From the NCBI GenBank assembly GCA_030613005.1, contig JAUWMV010000011.1, positions 1,740-65,739 on the forward strand: DNA of 64,000 nucleotides, read 5' to 3'. Positions 53,809-63,059 of this stretch are shown here, piece by piece. A program made the position numbers and the translations under genes. Every line of letters starts with the position of its first letter. Within the stretch, counting starts at the first letter, position 1. The notes below the pieces were generated by a model that saw only the letters and a list, made by a program, of their open reading frames with translations, was not told where the DNA came from and searched no databases. The DNA comes from a bacterium. Its GTDB lineage: Bacteria; UBP14; UBA6098; B30-G16.

Positions 53809-55167
53809 TTATTTTTCTGTTTTAATGATAACCTCGACCCGCTTATTAGCAAATCTTCCTTCAGGATATTTATTATCTGCTAATATTTCCCCATTTAAAG
53901 AACTAGGTTCATTTGCCATTGCACCCATAACTGAAGCTTTAATACCTTTGTCTTCAAGCCAGAAATGCGCATTTTTAACATCGAGAATATTTTCCAAAGC
54001 CTCAACAATTCCACCTAATTCCATCATTGCCCAAAATTCCGATTGCTGACGACTTCTCTCTTTATCCTCTAACGAATTCGTGTGTCCTAATAATTCAATA
54101 GAAAATTCAAATCCTTCTTTTTCAAGATCGATGATATGCTGAGCAATTAAATATCTATTAGCAATAGCATACGGTTCATCAGTAATTCTAATATCCTGTA
54201 AATTATAATTTGCGATAAACCATCGTTCTTTTCTCTTCTCACGCCCTTTTTGTTTAAGTTTTAATAACTCACTCCATGTCCAGTCTAACCCTGAAGGCGT
54301 TTTGTTGCGAGCTAAAAAATAGTAATTCCATCTCGGATCTACTTGCCCAATATTGAATCTCCCTACTTCAGAGTCTTCAATAAAATATCCGTCCTGACGG
54401 TAAAATGCGAATGATTCTCCTGGATTCTCAAGCTCAATTAAATCCTTTTTAAACACTCCATCCACAGAGATATGAACCCACGGACGTCTGATAACCCAAT
54501 CGCCATGAATATCAACTGAATGATTTATACTGTTGTGGAAAAATACACGCGACGAAACATCTCCTGGGAGTGACTTTAATATATTCTTCCAATTTTCAAC
54601 ACTCGAATAAACAATGGCAAAAGAGATAGGATTATTTTCAAGCATCCTAACCATTTGATAGTTATTAGTCAAAATTTCACTAACAGCAAATTTTCTCATG
54701 GGTTTCACGTGAAATTCAACAAGCATATTCTCTGCTTGAATTTCTGGATTGAGAGTTCCTGCCTTCCCAAGCTTATATCTGCTCGGGTCTCTCGAAGGTT
54801 GAACAACTGCGTAAATAGCTGGCGAATCTATCTTCTTAATTCGATTAATAATTTCTTTTCGAACGTTTATTGCTCTATTTTTCGCTAAATCAAGATTGTC
54901 CTCTCCGTCGGCTTTAGGATGAAAATATCCATTTAACTCGACAACTATGTCAAGATTCTGTGAGAGTCTGTTGGATAGTTCATCGAAAAATTTGTCAAAC
55001 CGTAGATCTACGACATCGCTGCCGGCTGCAAAAAATACAGCAGGATAAAATACTGCTTCCTCGAAATTGACAGATTTAACTTCACATTTAATGCTTGACG
55101 GACTTATATTGAATTGTGCAAACAAAAGAACTGGAAATAGTGCAAACTGTAAAATTATCTTGTTCAT
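53809..55167 (-). CDS. Secreted protein with two OmpA-like peptidoglycan-binding motifs.
   Basis: Signal peptide. OmpA-like N-x2-L-A/S-x2-R-A segment (NLDLAKNRAINVRKEI). C-terminal ...NKRVEVIIK resembles the OmpA_C ending. Confidence 0.5.
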   Translation of the reverse strand: MNKIILQFALFPVLLFAQFNISPSSIKCEVKSVNFEEAVFYPAVFFAAGSDVVDLRFDKFFDELSNRLSQNLDIVVELNGYFHPKADGEDNLDLAKNRAINVRKEIINRIKKIDSPAIYAVVQPSRDPSRYKLGKAGTLNPEIQAENMLVEFHVKPMRKFAVSEILTNNYQMVRMLENNPISFAIVYSSVENWKNILKSLPGDVSSRVFFHNSINHSVDIHGDWVIRRPWVHISVDGVFKKDLIELENPGESFAFYRQDGYFIEDSEVGRFNIGQVDPRWNYYFLARNKTPSGLDWTWSELLKLKQKGREKRKERWFIANYNLQDIRITDEPYAIANRYLIAQHIIDLEKEGFEFSIELLGHTNSLEDKERSRQQSEFWAMMELGGIVEALENILDVKNAHFWLEDKGIKASVMGAMANEPSSLNGEILADNKYPEGRFANKRVEVIIKTEK

Positions 55168-55634
55168 ATTAGACTCCTTGCTATTAGTTGAAACTTATCT
55201 TTGTATTTTTCATCGAAACAAATCCTTAAATTCACTCGAGACATTGGAAATTTTTCCCATAAAATCTTAACTACCTCACATGCATCAGTAATAGAAATAG
55301 TTTCATCTCCTTTGATCTCTATTTCAAAATTACCATATTTATTATTTTTCATTATTTCTGCCAAATTATGCGATTTTTCCCTTATATTTTGAATATTATT
55401 TTCATTCACTTTAGACTTTAAAATAATTGATTTTTTCATATTCTTTGAATTAAAATCATCACAATTCTTAATCCCCATTATTTTAAGCTCATCACGGATT
55501 AATCGTTTTACAAATAAACCTTTTGCTTTAGGAATCATACCTAACCAAACAAAAGAAAGTGCTTCTTCCAACCAGAAAAGTTTTTCTTCAGGTGCTAAAT
55601 GTTTGAAATCATATTTAGTCTCAGTTGAACTCAT
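55164..55634 (-). CDS. Hypothetical protein, partner of the upstream nucleotidyltransferase.
   Basis: 156 aa, 5-nt gap from the NTase gene. No recognisable motif. No strict HEPN Rx4-6H motif. Confidence 0.4.
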   Translation of the reverse strand: MSSTETKYDFKHLAPEEKLFWLEEALSFVWLGMIPKAKGLFVKRLIRDELKIMGIKNCDDFNSKNMKKSIILKSKVNENNIQNIREKSHNLAEIMKNNKYGNFEIEIKGDETISITDACEVVKILWEKFPMSRVNLRICFDEKYKDKFQLIARSLI

Positions 55635-55639
55635 CGATG

Positions 55640-56128
55640 TTATTCTTTAGATTGCTCGAGCCATTTAATATCCAAAATGTCTTGATCGCGATTTGATTTC
55701 CTCTTCATCTCTATTAAATCCTCAACTGCGATAACAGGTACGTTAACATTGTGAATTTTTATCACAGTTTTATTTTCATAAGCCTGTTTAAAAGGAATAG
55801 GTTCGAAGATTATGATATCAATGCATAATGCCCTCATATTCTTTTCTTCAGACCAGAATCTAAATGCCAACAAATTCTTTTCTTTAATTAATGAGCGTCT
55901 GATCTTTTCATCCTTAAGGTCTTCAATTTCAATTGGAATATATGGTTTGTATCTGTATTCATTAAGAGCTTTAGCTAATTTATCCAAGTTATCTGAATCC
56001 AAATCCACAAGCAAATCCAAATCCGCTGTAAGTCTTCCGTAGCCATATAAAACCATTGCCACTCCACCCACCACCAAATATCTCACTTCCTTACGATTCA
56101 GCGCATCGATTATTCTTTCGTATATCAT
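55640..56128 (-). CDS. Pol-beta-superfamily minimal nucleotidyltransferase.
   Basis: GGVAMVLYGYGRLTADLDLLVD matches the GS/GG-x9-13-D-x-D catalytic signature. ...VPVIAVEDLIEMKRKS is typical of small MNT-type NTases. Confidence 0.6.
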   Translation of the reverse strand: MIYERIIDALNRKEVRYLVVGGVAMVLYGYGRLTADLDLLVDLDSDNLDKLAKALNEYRYKPYIPIEIEDLKDEKIRRSLIKEKNLLAFRFWSEEKNMRALCIDIIIFEPIPFKQAYENKTVIKIHNVNVPVIAVEDLIEMKRKSNRDQDILDIKWLEQSKE

Positions 56129-56134
56129 CTTTTT

Positions 56135-59100
56135 CTATACAATCTCCCATTCTAATGCAAGAACTTCACTCATAATCTCATCATTAGTAAATCCTTTTAA
56201 ATCAACCGAATTAGATCTGCAGGCAGCCACACATGCACCGCAACCTTTGCACAATGCAGGATTGATTTCAGCGATAATTTTAATTTGACCAAGAACTTTT
56301 TTCTCCACCAAATCAGACGCACTGTAAGGGCATTGTGAAACACAAGTTCCACACCCAACACATGTCATCTCATTAACTTCAGCAACGGTGCCAGCAGCTT
56401 CAACGAAATCCTTGGATAAAATTGTGCAAGCCCTCGACACCGCAGCATGTGCTTGAGCTATCGATTCTTCGATATTTTTCGGTGAATGAGCTAACCCTGC
56501 AAGAAAAACTCCTTCCGTAGCAAAATCTACAGGTCGAAGTTTCATATGAGCTTCAAGGAAAAAACCGTCCTCTGTTAGTGGTACTTTTAGCATCTGAGCT
56601 AGCTTCTCGTTTTCCATGCGATTAGCAACAATTCCAACATTTAATACGACCCAATCTGCAGGCATCTCAAATTTAGAACCAAGCAAGATATCGTATGCAT
56701 TCACTTGAAGTCTACCAGAATTGTTAAGAATAACTTCAGGAGCTTTTTCTGGGTCAAATCGAATAAAGAGAACCTCATTCTCTCGCGCATTTTGATAGGA
56801 CATCTCGTGGAATCCATAAGTTCTCATATCCCTATAAAAAACTACAATACGGGATTTTGGATATTTCTGTTTTAGAATCGCCGATTCCTCTGCTGCCTTC
56901 ATACAACAAACACGAGAACAATACGGATGTTCCTCATTTCTGGAACCAACACACTGAATGATTGCAATAGTTTGTCCGTCCTCGATGTGAAGTTCGTCCT
57001 CATCCAAACCTACATCTAAATCACGCATTGTAATAACATGATCATTCAAACCCCAGCCATATTCTCCGGATTTAGGTTCATACTGTGCCGCACCTGTTGC
57101 AACAATAACAACACCATGCTCAAGCTCGATTTCACCTGTTGGTGTATCGATAATTGTTTTGTAATTTCCGACGAATCCTTCAAGAGACTTTATTTCCGAT
57201 GATGTAAATATTTTTATGTTTTCATTGGCTCTAATTTCTGCATTCAATAAACCTATATAATCTGCTACTTTTCTAACCTCACCAAATGCTTCAATAGGAT
57301 GACGCAGATTATTGGCGTTACCACCCAAAACATTGGAACGCTCGATAAGATAGGTCTCATAGCCTTGTTTGCCCATTAACAAAGCTGATTCCATCCCGGT
57401 TACCCCACCACCTATTATAAGAGCCTTTTTAGTTACAGGAATTTGCTCCACATCCAATGGCTCCAACAGCAGGGCTTTCGCCACTTCCATTCTAACGAGG
57501 TCTTTCGCCTTTTCGGTTGCAGCCACAGGCATCTCGCGATGTACCCATGAGTCCTGATCTCTGATATTAGCCATTGTGAATAGGTACTTATTTAGACCTG
57601 CTTCGCGAATTGTTTGCTGAAAAAGCGGTTCGTGTGTTCTGGGTGTGCATGAGGCAACCACAACTCTATTAATTTCATGCTCTATTATTACTTCTTTCAT
57701 GTGGTCTTGTGCATCCTGAGAGCATGTATAAAGATTTTCCTCAGCGAAAATCACACCCGGTAAAGTTTTAGCATATTCTACTACACTCGGAACATCAACA
57801 ACCGACCCTATATTAATCCCACAATGACAGACAAAAACCCCAATTCTAGGTGGTTTACCCTTTACATTAATTTCTGCGGGCAAGATTCTTTCTGTAACCT
57901 CTGTACCCCGTTTATTAGCTATACCTGCCGATGCTAATGCTGCACCACCCGATGCCTGAGCCACTGTCTCGGGAATGTCTTTAGGTGATGCAAACGCACC
58001 AATAACGTAAATGCCATCTTGACTTGTTTCCATAGGATGAAAAAGAGAGGTCTTCGCAAACCCAAAAGGATTAAGCTCTATATCAAAAGTATCAGCTATT
58101 TTCTTCGCTGTTTTGACGGTATCCAAGCCGACGGATAAAACCACCATATCGAATTCCTCATCGATAAGCTTGCCGTCTTCTGTTTCATATTTTAGCCATA
58201 GGTTACCAGTTTGTGGATCCTCGTTAATTTTGGCAATTCTCGATCTTATGAATCTCACACCATGCTCATTTTCAGCACGATCGATGTATCTATCGAATTC
58301 TTTGCCAAATGACCTTATGTCCATAAAGAATATAGTAGGCTTAATATCGGGAGCATGCTCCTTGGCAATAACAGCTTCTTTGGTGGCATACATACAACAA
58401 ACCGATGAACAATATGGACGATTAATTTTCTCATCACGACTTCCGACACACTGTAACCATGCAATATGAGTTGGATGTGTTTCATCACCGGGTCTTAAGA
58501 TGTGCCCCTTATAAGGACCGGATGCAGAAAGGATGCGTTCGAATTCAATGGAACTAATAACATTCTTGAATCTACCGTAACCATATTCCGATTTGATGGC
58601 AGGTTCGAACTCATCGAATCCGGGAGCTAAGATTATTGAACCTATTTTTAGATCCAAGTATTTAGGCAACATATTATGATCGATCGCTTCTGCTTTACAT
58701 TCTCTAACACATTCGAAACAATCTGAACATGCAGCACAGGAGAGACATCGTTCTGCTTCCTTAATCGCCTGCTCCTCTGTAAATCCTGTTGCTACTTCTT
58801 CAAAGGATTCCCTTCGCAAGTTTGAGTCCTTCAAAGGCATATGCGCTCGTGGAGCTCTTATTACTTCATCTATCTCAAGATCGGAATGCACATAGTTCTC
58901 ATTGGGACCTTCCCATTCGAAATTTCTGTTTTCATATAGGTCTATTCCAGTTAGAAATCGAGAAATGGAAATTGCAGCTTTTCGTCCCTGAGCCATTGCG
59001 TCTATGTATGTCAACGGTCCAGTAACATCGTCGCCACCTGCGAAAACACCATTAACGTTGGTTTCAAGTGTTTTCTCATCGACATCAAATGTATTCCAAC

Positions 59101-60631
59101 GTGTTAATTTGAAATCGTTTATCTCATCACAAAAATCTTTAAAATCGGGTTCTTGAGAAATCGCAGGAATCAACATATCGCATTCGATAGTGTATTCGCT
59201 GCCCTCGATAGGAATAGGTCGGCGTCTTCCTGAGGAATCTGGTTCACCAAGCTTCATTCGAATACATTTTACAGTTTTGATCTTGCCGTTTTCACCAATT
59301 ATTTCAACAGGAGCAGATAAATATTGAATATCTACACCTTCCTCGATAGTCTCGTCAATTTCCTCGGAATTGGCAGGCATTTCAATGCGTGTTCTTCGAT
59401 AAAGAACGGTAACTTTCGAGCCAAGACGCAGAAGTGTTCTTGCAGCATCCATAGCAGCATTACCACCGCCGATTACAATCGATCTTTGTCCAACTTTCGG
59501 ATTTTTGCCAAGATTATAATCTCTGAGAAATTCAACTGCTCCATATACACCTTTAAGTTCTTCTCCGGGAACGCGGAGCTTTTTGCTTTTGTGAGCACCC
59601 ACTGCTATGAATAAGGAATCGTGTTTATCTTTTAATTCTGAAAGCTTTACATCTCGTCCGACAATGGTATTAAAAACAAACTCACCACCAAGTTTCTCGA
59701 TTAATTTTATCTCACCAAACAAGATATCACGAGGAAGTCTGTACGATGGAATACCCACATACATCATACCGCCCGGATTATCGAGTGCCTCATAAATAGT
59801 TACATCGAAACCTTTTCTGAGAAGATCGTGAGCGCACATCAACCCAGCGGGACCTGCACCGATAATGCCTACCGATTTATTCTTAGCTTCCTCCTTTTCA
59901 AGGTCCCAATTAAATTCACTATGACTTTTTAACTCATAATCTGCTACAAACCTTTTAAGGTAATCGATTGCAATTGGTTCATCGAAATTTACACGATCGC
60001 ATACAGATTCGCATGGATGAGTGCATATTCTTCCTGTAATACCGGGAAATGGATTCCGTTCTCTAATAAGCGCAAGTGACTCCTCAAATTTTCCAGCCTT
60101 AATAAGTTGAATATAACCTACCGCATCCACATGAATAGGGCACATTGCCCTACATGGCGGATCGCCAAGCTTTTCAATAACGAAAGCCGATGGTGTAGCT
60201 TGATCGAATTGACGGTATATTGCAGTTCGTTTAATTAGGAGTTCCTCATATTCGTTTGGTCTATTTTGAACTGGACAGACCTCAGCGCAATCGCCGCAAC
60301 CAGTACACTTATCAATGTCGACATAGCGTGGTTCTTGATATATTTTGACTTTAAAATTTCCAACTCCCCCTTCAACCTTTTCTACCTCAGCACCAGTTAT
60401 TAGTTCTATGTTTGGATGTCGTCCGCATTCGACTAATTTAGGCGAGAGAATGCACATGGAGCAATCGTTGGTGGGAAATGTTTTGTCCAGTTGAGCCATA
60501 ACGCCACCAATAGAAAACGTTCGTTCGATTAGGTAAACCTTGAATCCCGATTCAGCTAAATCCAGCGCAGACTGAACGCCTCCAATCCCGCCACCTACTA
60601 CCATAACTGATCCAATTTTGTCGTCCGACAT
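56135..60631 (-). CDS. Giant HdrA-like flavo-iron-sulfur oxidoreductase fused to a GltD/NfnB-like NAD(P)H-binding domain (HdrL-like).
   Basis: 1498 aa. HdrA N-terminus (VMVVGGGIGGVQSALD...TNDCSMCILSPKL). Ferredoxin CTGCGDCAEVCP. GltD-like dinucleotide module (IGIIGAGPAGL...VIGGGNAAMDAA). Two HdrA-body repeats with SSVCCMY and SRVCCMK. Inserted ferredoxin (CLSCAACSDCFECVREC). C-terminal 2x[4Fe-4S] (CVGCGTCVSQCP, CKGCGACVAACRS). Confidence 0.85.
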   Translation of the reverse strand: MSDDKIGSVMVVGGGIGGVQSALDLAESGFKVYLIERTFSIGGVMAQLDKTFPTNDCSMCILSPKLVECGRHPNIELITGAEVEKVEGGVGNFKVKIYQEPRYVDIDKCTGCGDCAEVCPVQNRPNEYEELLIKRTAIYRQFDQATPSAFVIEKLGDPPCRAMCPIHVDAVGYIQLIKAGKFEESLALIRERNPFPGITGRICTHPCESVCDRVNFDEPIAIDYLKRFVADYELKSHSEFNWDLEKEEAKNKSVGIIGAGPAGLMCAHDLLRKGFDVTIYEALDNPGGMMYVGIPSYRLPRDILFGEIKLIEKLGGEFVFNTIVGRDVKLSELKDKHDSLFIAVGAHKSKKLRVPGEELKGVYGAVEFLRDYNLGKNPKVGQRSIVIGGGNAAMDAARTLLRLGSKVTVLYRRTRIEMPANSEEIDETIEEGVDIQYLSAPVEIIGENGKIKTVKCIRMKLGEPDSSGRRRPIPIEGSEYTIECDMLIPAISQEPDFKDFCDEINDFKLTRWNTFDVDEKTLETNVNGVFAGGDDVTGPLTYIDAMAQGRKAAISISRFLTGIDLYENRNFEWEGPNENYVHSDLEIDEVIRAPRAHMPLKDSNLRRESFEEVATGFTEEQAIKEAERCLSCAACSDCFECVRECKAEAIDHNMLPKYLDLKIGSIILAPGFDEFEPAIKSEYGYGRFKNVISSIEFERILSASGPYKGHILRPGDETHPTHIAWLQCVGSRDEKINRPYCSSVCCMYATKEAVIAKEHAPDIKPTIFFMDIRSFGKEFDRYIDRAENEHGVRFIRSRIAKINEDPQTGNLWLKYETEDGKLIDEEFDMVVLSVGLDTVKTAKKIADTFDIELNPFGFAKTSLFHPMETSQDGIYVIGAFASPKDIPETVAQASGGAALASAGIANKRGTEVTERILPAEINVKGKPPRIGVFVCHCGINIGSVVDVPSVVEYAKTLPGVIFAEENLYTCSQDAQDHMKEVIIEHEINRVVVASCTPRTHEPLFQQTIREAGLNKYLFTMANIRDQDSWVHREMPVAATEKAKDLVRMEVAKALLLEPLDVEQIPVTKKALIIGGGVTGMESALLMGKQGYETYLIERSNVLGGNANNLRHPIEAFGEVRKVADYIGLLNAEIRANENIKIFTSSEIKSLEGFVGNYKTIIDTPTGEIELEHGVVIVATGAAQYEPKSGEYGWGLNDHVITMRDLDVGLDEDELHIEDGQTIAIIQCVGSRNEEHPYCSRVCCMKAAEESAILKQKYPKSRIVVFYRDMRTYGFHEMSYQNARENEVLFIRFDPEKAPEVILNNSGRLQVNAYDILLGSKFEMPADWVVLNVGIVANRMENEKLAQMLKVPLTEDGFFLEAHMKLRPVDFATEGVFLAGLAHSPKNIEESIAQAHAAVSRACTILSKDFVEAAGTVAEVNEMTCVGCGTCVSQCPYSASDLVEKKVLGQIKIIAEINPALCKGCGACVAACRSNSVDLKGFTNDEIMSEVLALEWEIV

Positions 60632-60794
60632 TTAGCCCTCCAGAAATTTTATCGGTTATGACCAGAGCAAAATTCAAAATTATTTTGGAAATTAGTTTAT
60701 TGAAATTGAATGTCAATGGTTTTGTTAGGGATAGGAGACATATATAATAAAAAAAAATCACCATTTTACATTTTTAGGCAAGGTTCTACAATTA

Positions 60795-61433
60795 TCAATA
60801 GATCGCAGCTAAGTCGTCTTCATTCGATTCGGCAATTTCTCTTTGAGAAGAGATAATTCGGTGAATATATTTAGCTACCATATCAAACTCGATGTTAACC
60901 AAACTACCCTTCGATTTTGTAGAGAGATTTGTTCTCACGATTGTCTCGGGTATAACTGCGATTTCACAGTATCCATTTCCAGTTTTAATTATAGTGAAAC
61001 TTATACCGTCGATTGCAATTGAACCCTTATAAATTGTATATTTAGAAAATTTTTGGGGAAATTCGATTTTTAGAATTCTCTGAAGTCCTGAAGATTCAAA
61101 TTTCGCAATCCGTCCTATGCAATCCACGTGCCCTTGCACAATATGCCCACCCAAGAATTGATTAGCAGTTACCGGCAGCTCGAGATTAACGCCATCCCTA
61201 ATTTTCAGGCTATGAAGTGTTGTTTTTTTCACTGTTTCCTCGACAGCCAAAAAATGCGCAATATATTCATCAATTTTCTCAATAGAAAGACAAACACCGT
61301 CTATTGCGACGCTCTCGCCTGTTTTTAGTCGTTTATCAATGAAGCCTGTCCATTTTATTTCCAGTCGCAAACCTCTCTCGAAAGACCGAATCGATTTTAT
61401 TTTGCCGACACCTTGGATAATTCCGGTAAACAT
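60795..61433 (-). CDS. ribE: Riboflavin synthase alpha chain.
   Basis: MFTGIIQGVGKI and duplicated lumazine-binding halves (GHIVQGHVD). Confidence 0.9.
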   Translation of the reverse strand: MFTGIIQGVGKIKSIRSFERGLRLEIKWTGFIDKRLKTGESVAIDGVCLSIEKIDEYIAHFLAVEETVKKTTLHSLKIRDGVNLELPVTANQFLGGHIVQGHVDCIGRIAKFESSGLQRILKIEFPQKFSKYTIYKGSIAIDGISFTIIKTGNGYCEIAVIPETIVRTNLSTKSKGSLVNIEFDMVAKYIHRIISSQREIAESNEDDLAAIY

Positions 61434-61530
61434 GTAATAATAATATTCCTGAAAGTGTCAAAAAGAAATAAAAAAAATTGCAGAAACATTTTTTTAGATT
61501 ATTATTCAAATGATAACCAAGGAGGGAATA

Positions 61531-62937
61531 ATGCTTAGTACCAATTCATTTAAAGCCGTCTTGTCTGTCCTTCTCTTTCTGTTGTTTCTGTTTTCTCTTG
61601 CATTCTCGCAATCGGACAGCCTTAATATGCGGCTTCGCGGAACCTGGGAATGCCCCACAGACGACCTCGTTGGAGATCCTATCGTAATACACAAAATATA
61701 CGATTACATCATAATGGCATGTACTGGAAAAGGTGCCTCTGCTGAGCCTGCTGGTGATTCCCTTTGGTTTATCGATGTCAGCGACCCCGATTCGCCTCAC
61801 ACCGCATTAACTTACACAGACACTGCATTTACTGATTATCCTGCCTATATTAGATGGTTCGAAGTGGACTCAGATAGCGGTTATCTATACATGGGATATG
61901 CAAGAGACCCAATTCATGGCGGTGAATATTTCAGAATACTAAGGCTTACCGATGGCAATCCGCCCAGCATTCAAAGAGGTGCCATTATTGATAGTGTAAA
62001 TCATTGGTCTTTTTCATCGATTAATAATGGATATGTTTGGGGTGGTAATTGTTTTAACATTTCGGATCCGGATTCACCTCTCATTTGGGATGTTTATCAA
62101 ATTATTCACAATCCTTCAAAACCACCGGATGGTTCATCAAGCTATAGAGTTTGGAATGATAAGTATGGAACAGAGAACTATGCAGGTCATGCAGGTTGGA
62201 TTGGATATGGTCTCTCAGACACATTTTACGAACCTGCACCATATTTTGCACTTTACAAGTTTGTCTTCCCTGCCTCTTCCCCTTGTACTTCGCATGTTCT
62301 CGGTTGCTGGCGAGGTGACTACAACGGGGATAACGCAGAAGCACTCGCTATTAGTGAGGAATATGACATGGTGGCAGTTGGAACCGCATGGAATGTTCAT
62401 TTTGTGTCTATAGATTCCGTTGAGGACGGCAACTACGATGCTAAACCGAATTTTTCATGGTCAACTCGTATTTCTGTCTCTGACTTATATTGGGAAGACA
62501 GTCTTTTATATGTAAACAACGGTAAATTATGGGTTTTAAATGTTGACGACCTTCCAAACATCGATACATTGGCAATATCTACCTTATCTGGTTATGGTCC
62601 TTTTTGTATTGACAGTAGTTTCATTTATGCAGCAAACGTATATGGAATGGAATTGCGAATTTTTGAAATTGAAGATTCATTAGGAATTGGACAGCAAGGT
62701 TACAACATACTACCGATCCCCGAATTCAAAATCTTTCCAAATCCATCTTTTGCAGGAACAAGAATTGCCATTGCAAACAGTTTCAAAAACGCCGAACTTT
62801 TTGACATCTCGGGTCGCAAAATCCTCGACATAAAATCTAATGTAATCGACACAACGGATCTATCTCCCGGTCTTTATCTTCTTCGAGTCGATACTGGTAA
62901 CAAAATAATAAGCAAAAAAATTCTTATTATGAAGTAA
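61531..62937 (+). CDS. Secreted beta-propeller-like protein with T9SS C-terminal sorting domain.
   Basis: The start is taken at the ATG with AAGGAGGGAATAATG. The track ORF begins 21 nt earlier. Signal peptide. C-terminus ...LSPGLYLLRVDTGNKIISKKILIMK Por-tail pattern. Confidence 0.6.
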   Translation: MLSTNSFKAVLSVLLFLLFLFSLAFSQSDSLNMRLRGTWECPTDDLVGDPIVIHKIYDYIIMACTGKGASAEPAGDSLWFIDVSDPDSPHTALTYTDTAFTDYPAYIRWFEVDSDSGYLYMGYARDPIHGGEYFRILRLTDGNPPSIQRGAIIDSVNHWSFSSINNGYVWGGNCFNISDPDSPLIWDVYQIIHNPSKPPDGSSSYRVWNDKYGTENYAGHAGWIGYGLSDTFYEPAPYFALYKFVFPASSPCTSHVLGCWRGDYNGDNAEALAISEEYDMVAVGTAWNVHFVSIDSVEDGNYDAKPNFSWSTRISVSDLYWEDSLLYVNNGKLWVLNVDDLPNIDTLAISTLSGYGPFCIDSSFIYAANVYGMELRIFEIEDSLGIGQQGYNILPIPEFKIFPNPSFAGTRIAIANSFKNAELFDISGRKILDIKSNVIDTTDLSPGLYLLRVDTGNKIISKKILIMK

Positions 62938-63059
62938 CTCACCAAATTATTTACTTTACTCTTGTTTTTTCCATAAATTTTAGATATATTATTGTTTGAA
63001 ACATTTTTTAGAAATTTGTGAAATTTGAAACACAATTTAACTCCCGAAAGGAGGGAATG

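Noticed and set aside
55164-55634. Calling the 156-aa NTase partner a HEPN toxin.
   Set aside because: Only an R-x3-H (REKSH) is present, not the Rx4-6H HEPN motif. The assignment is left open.
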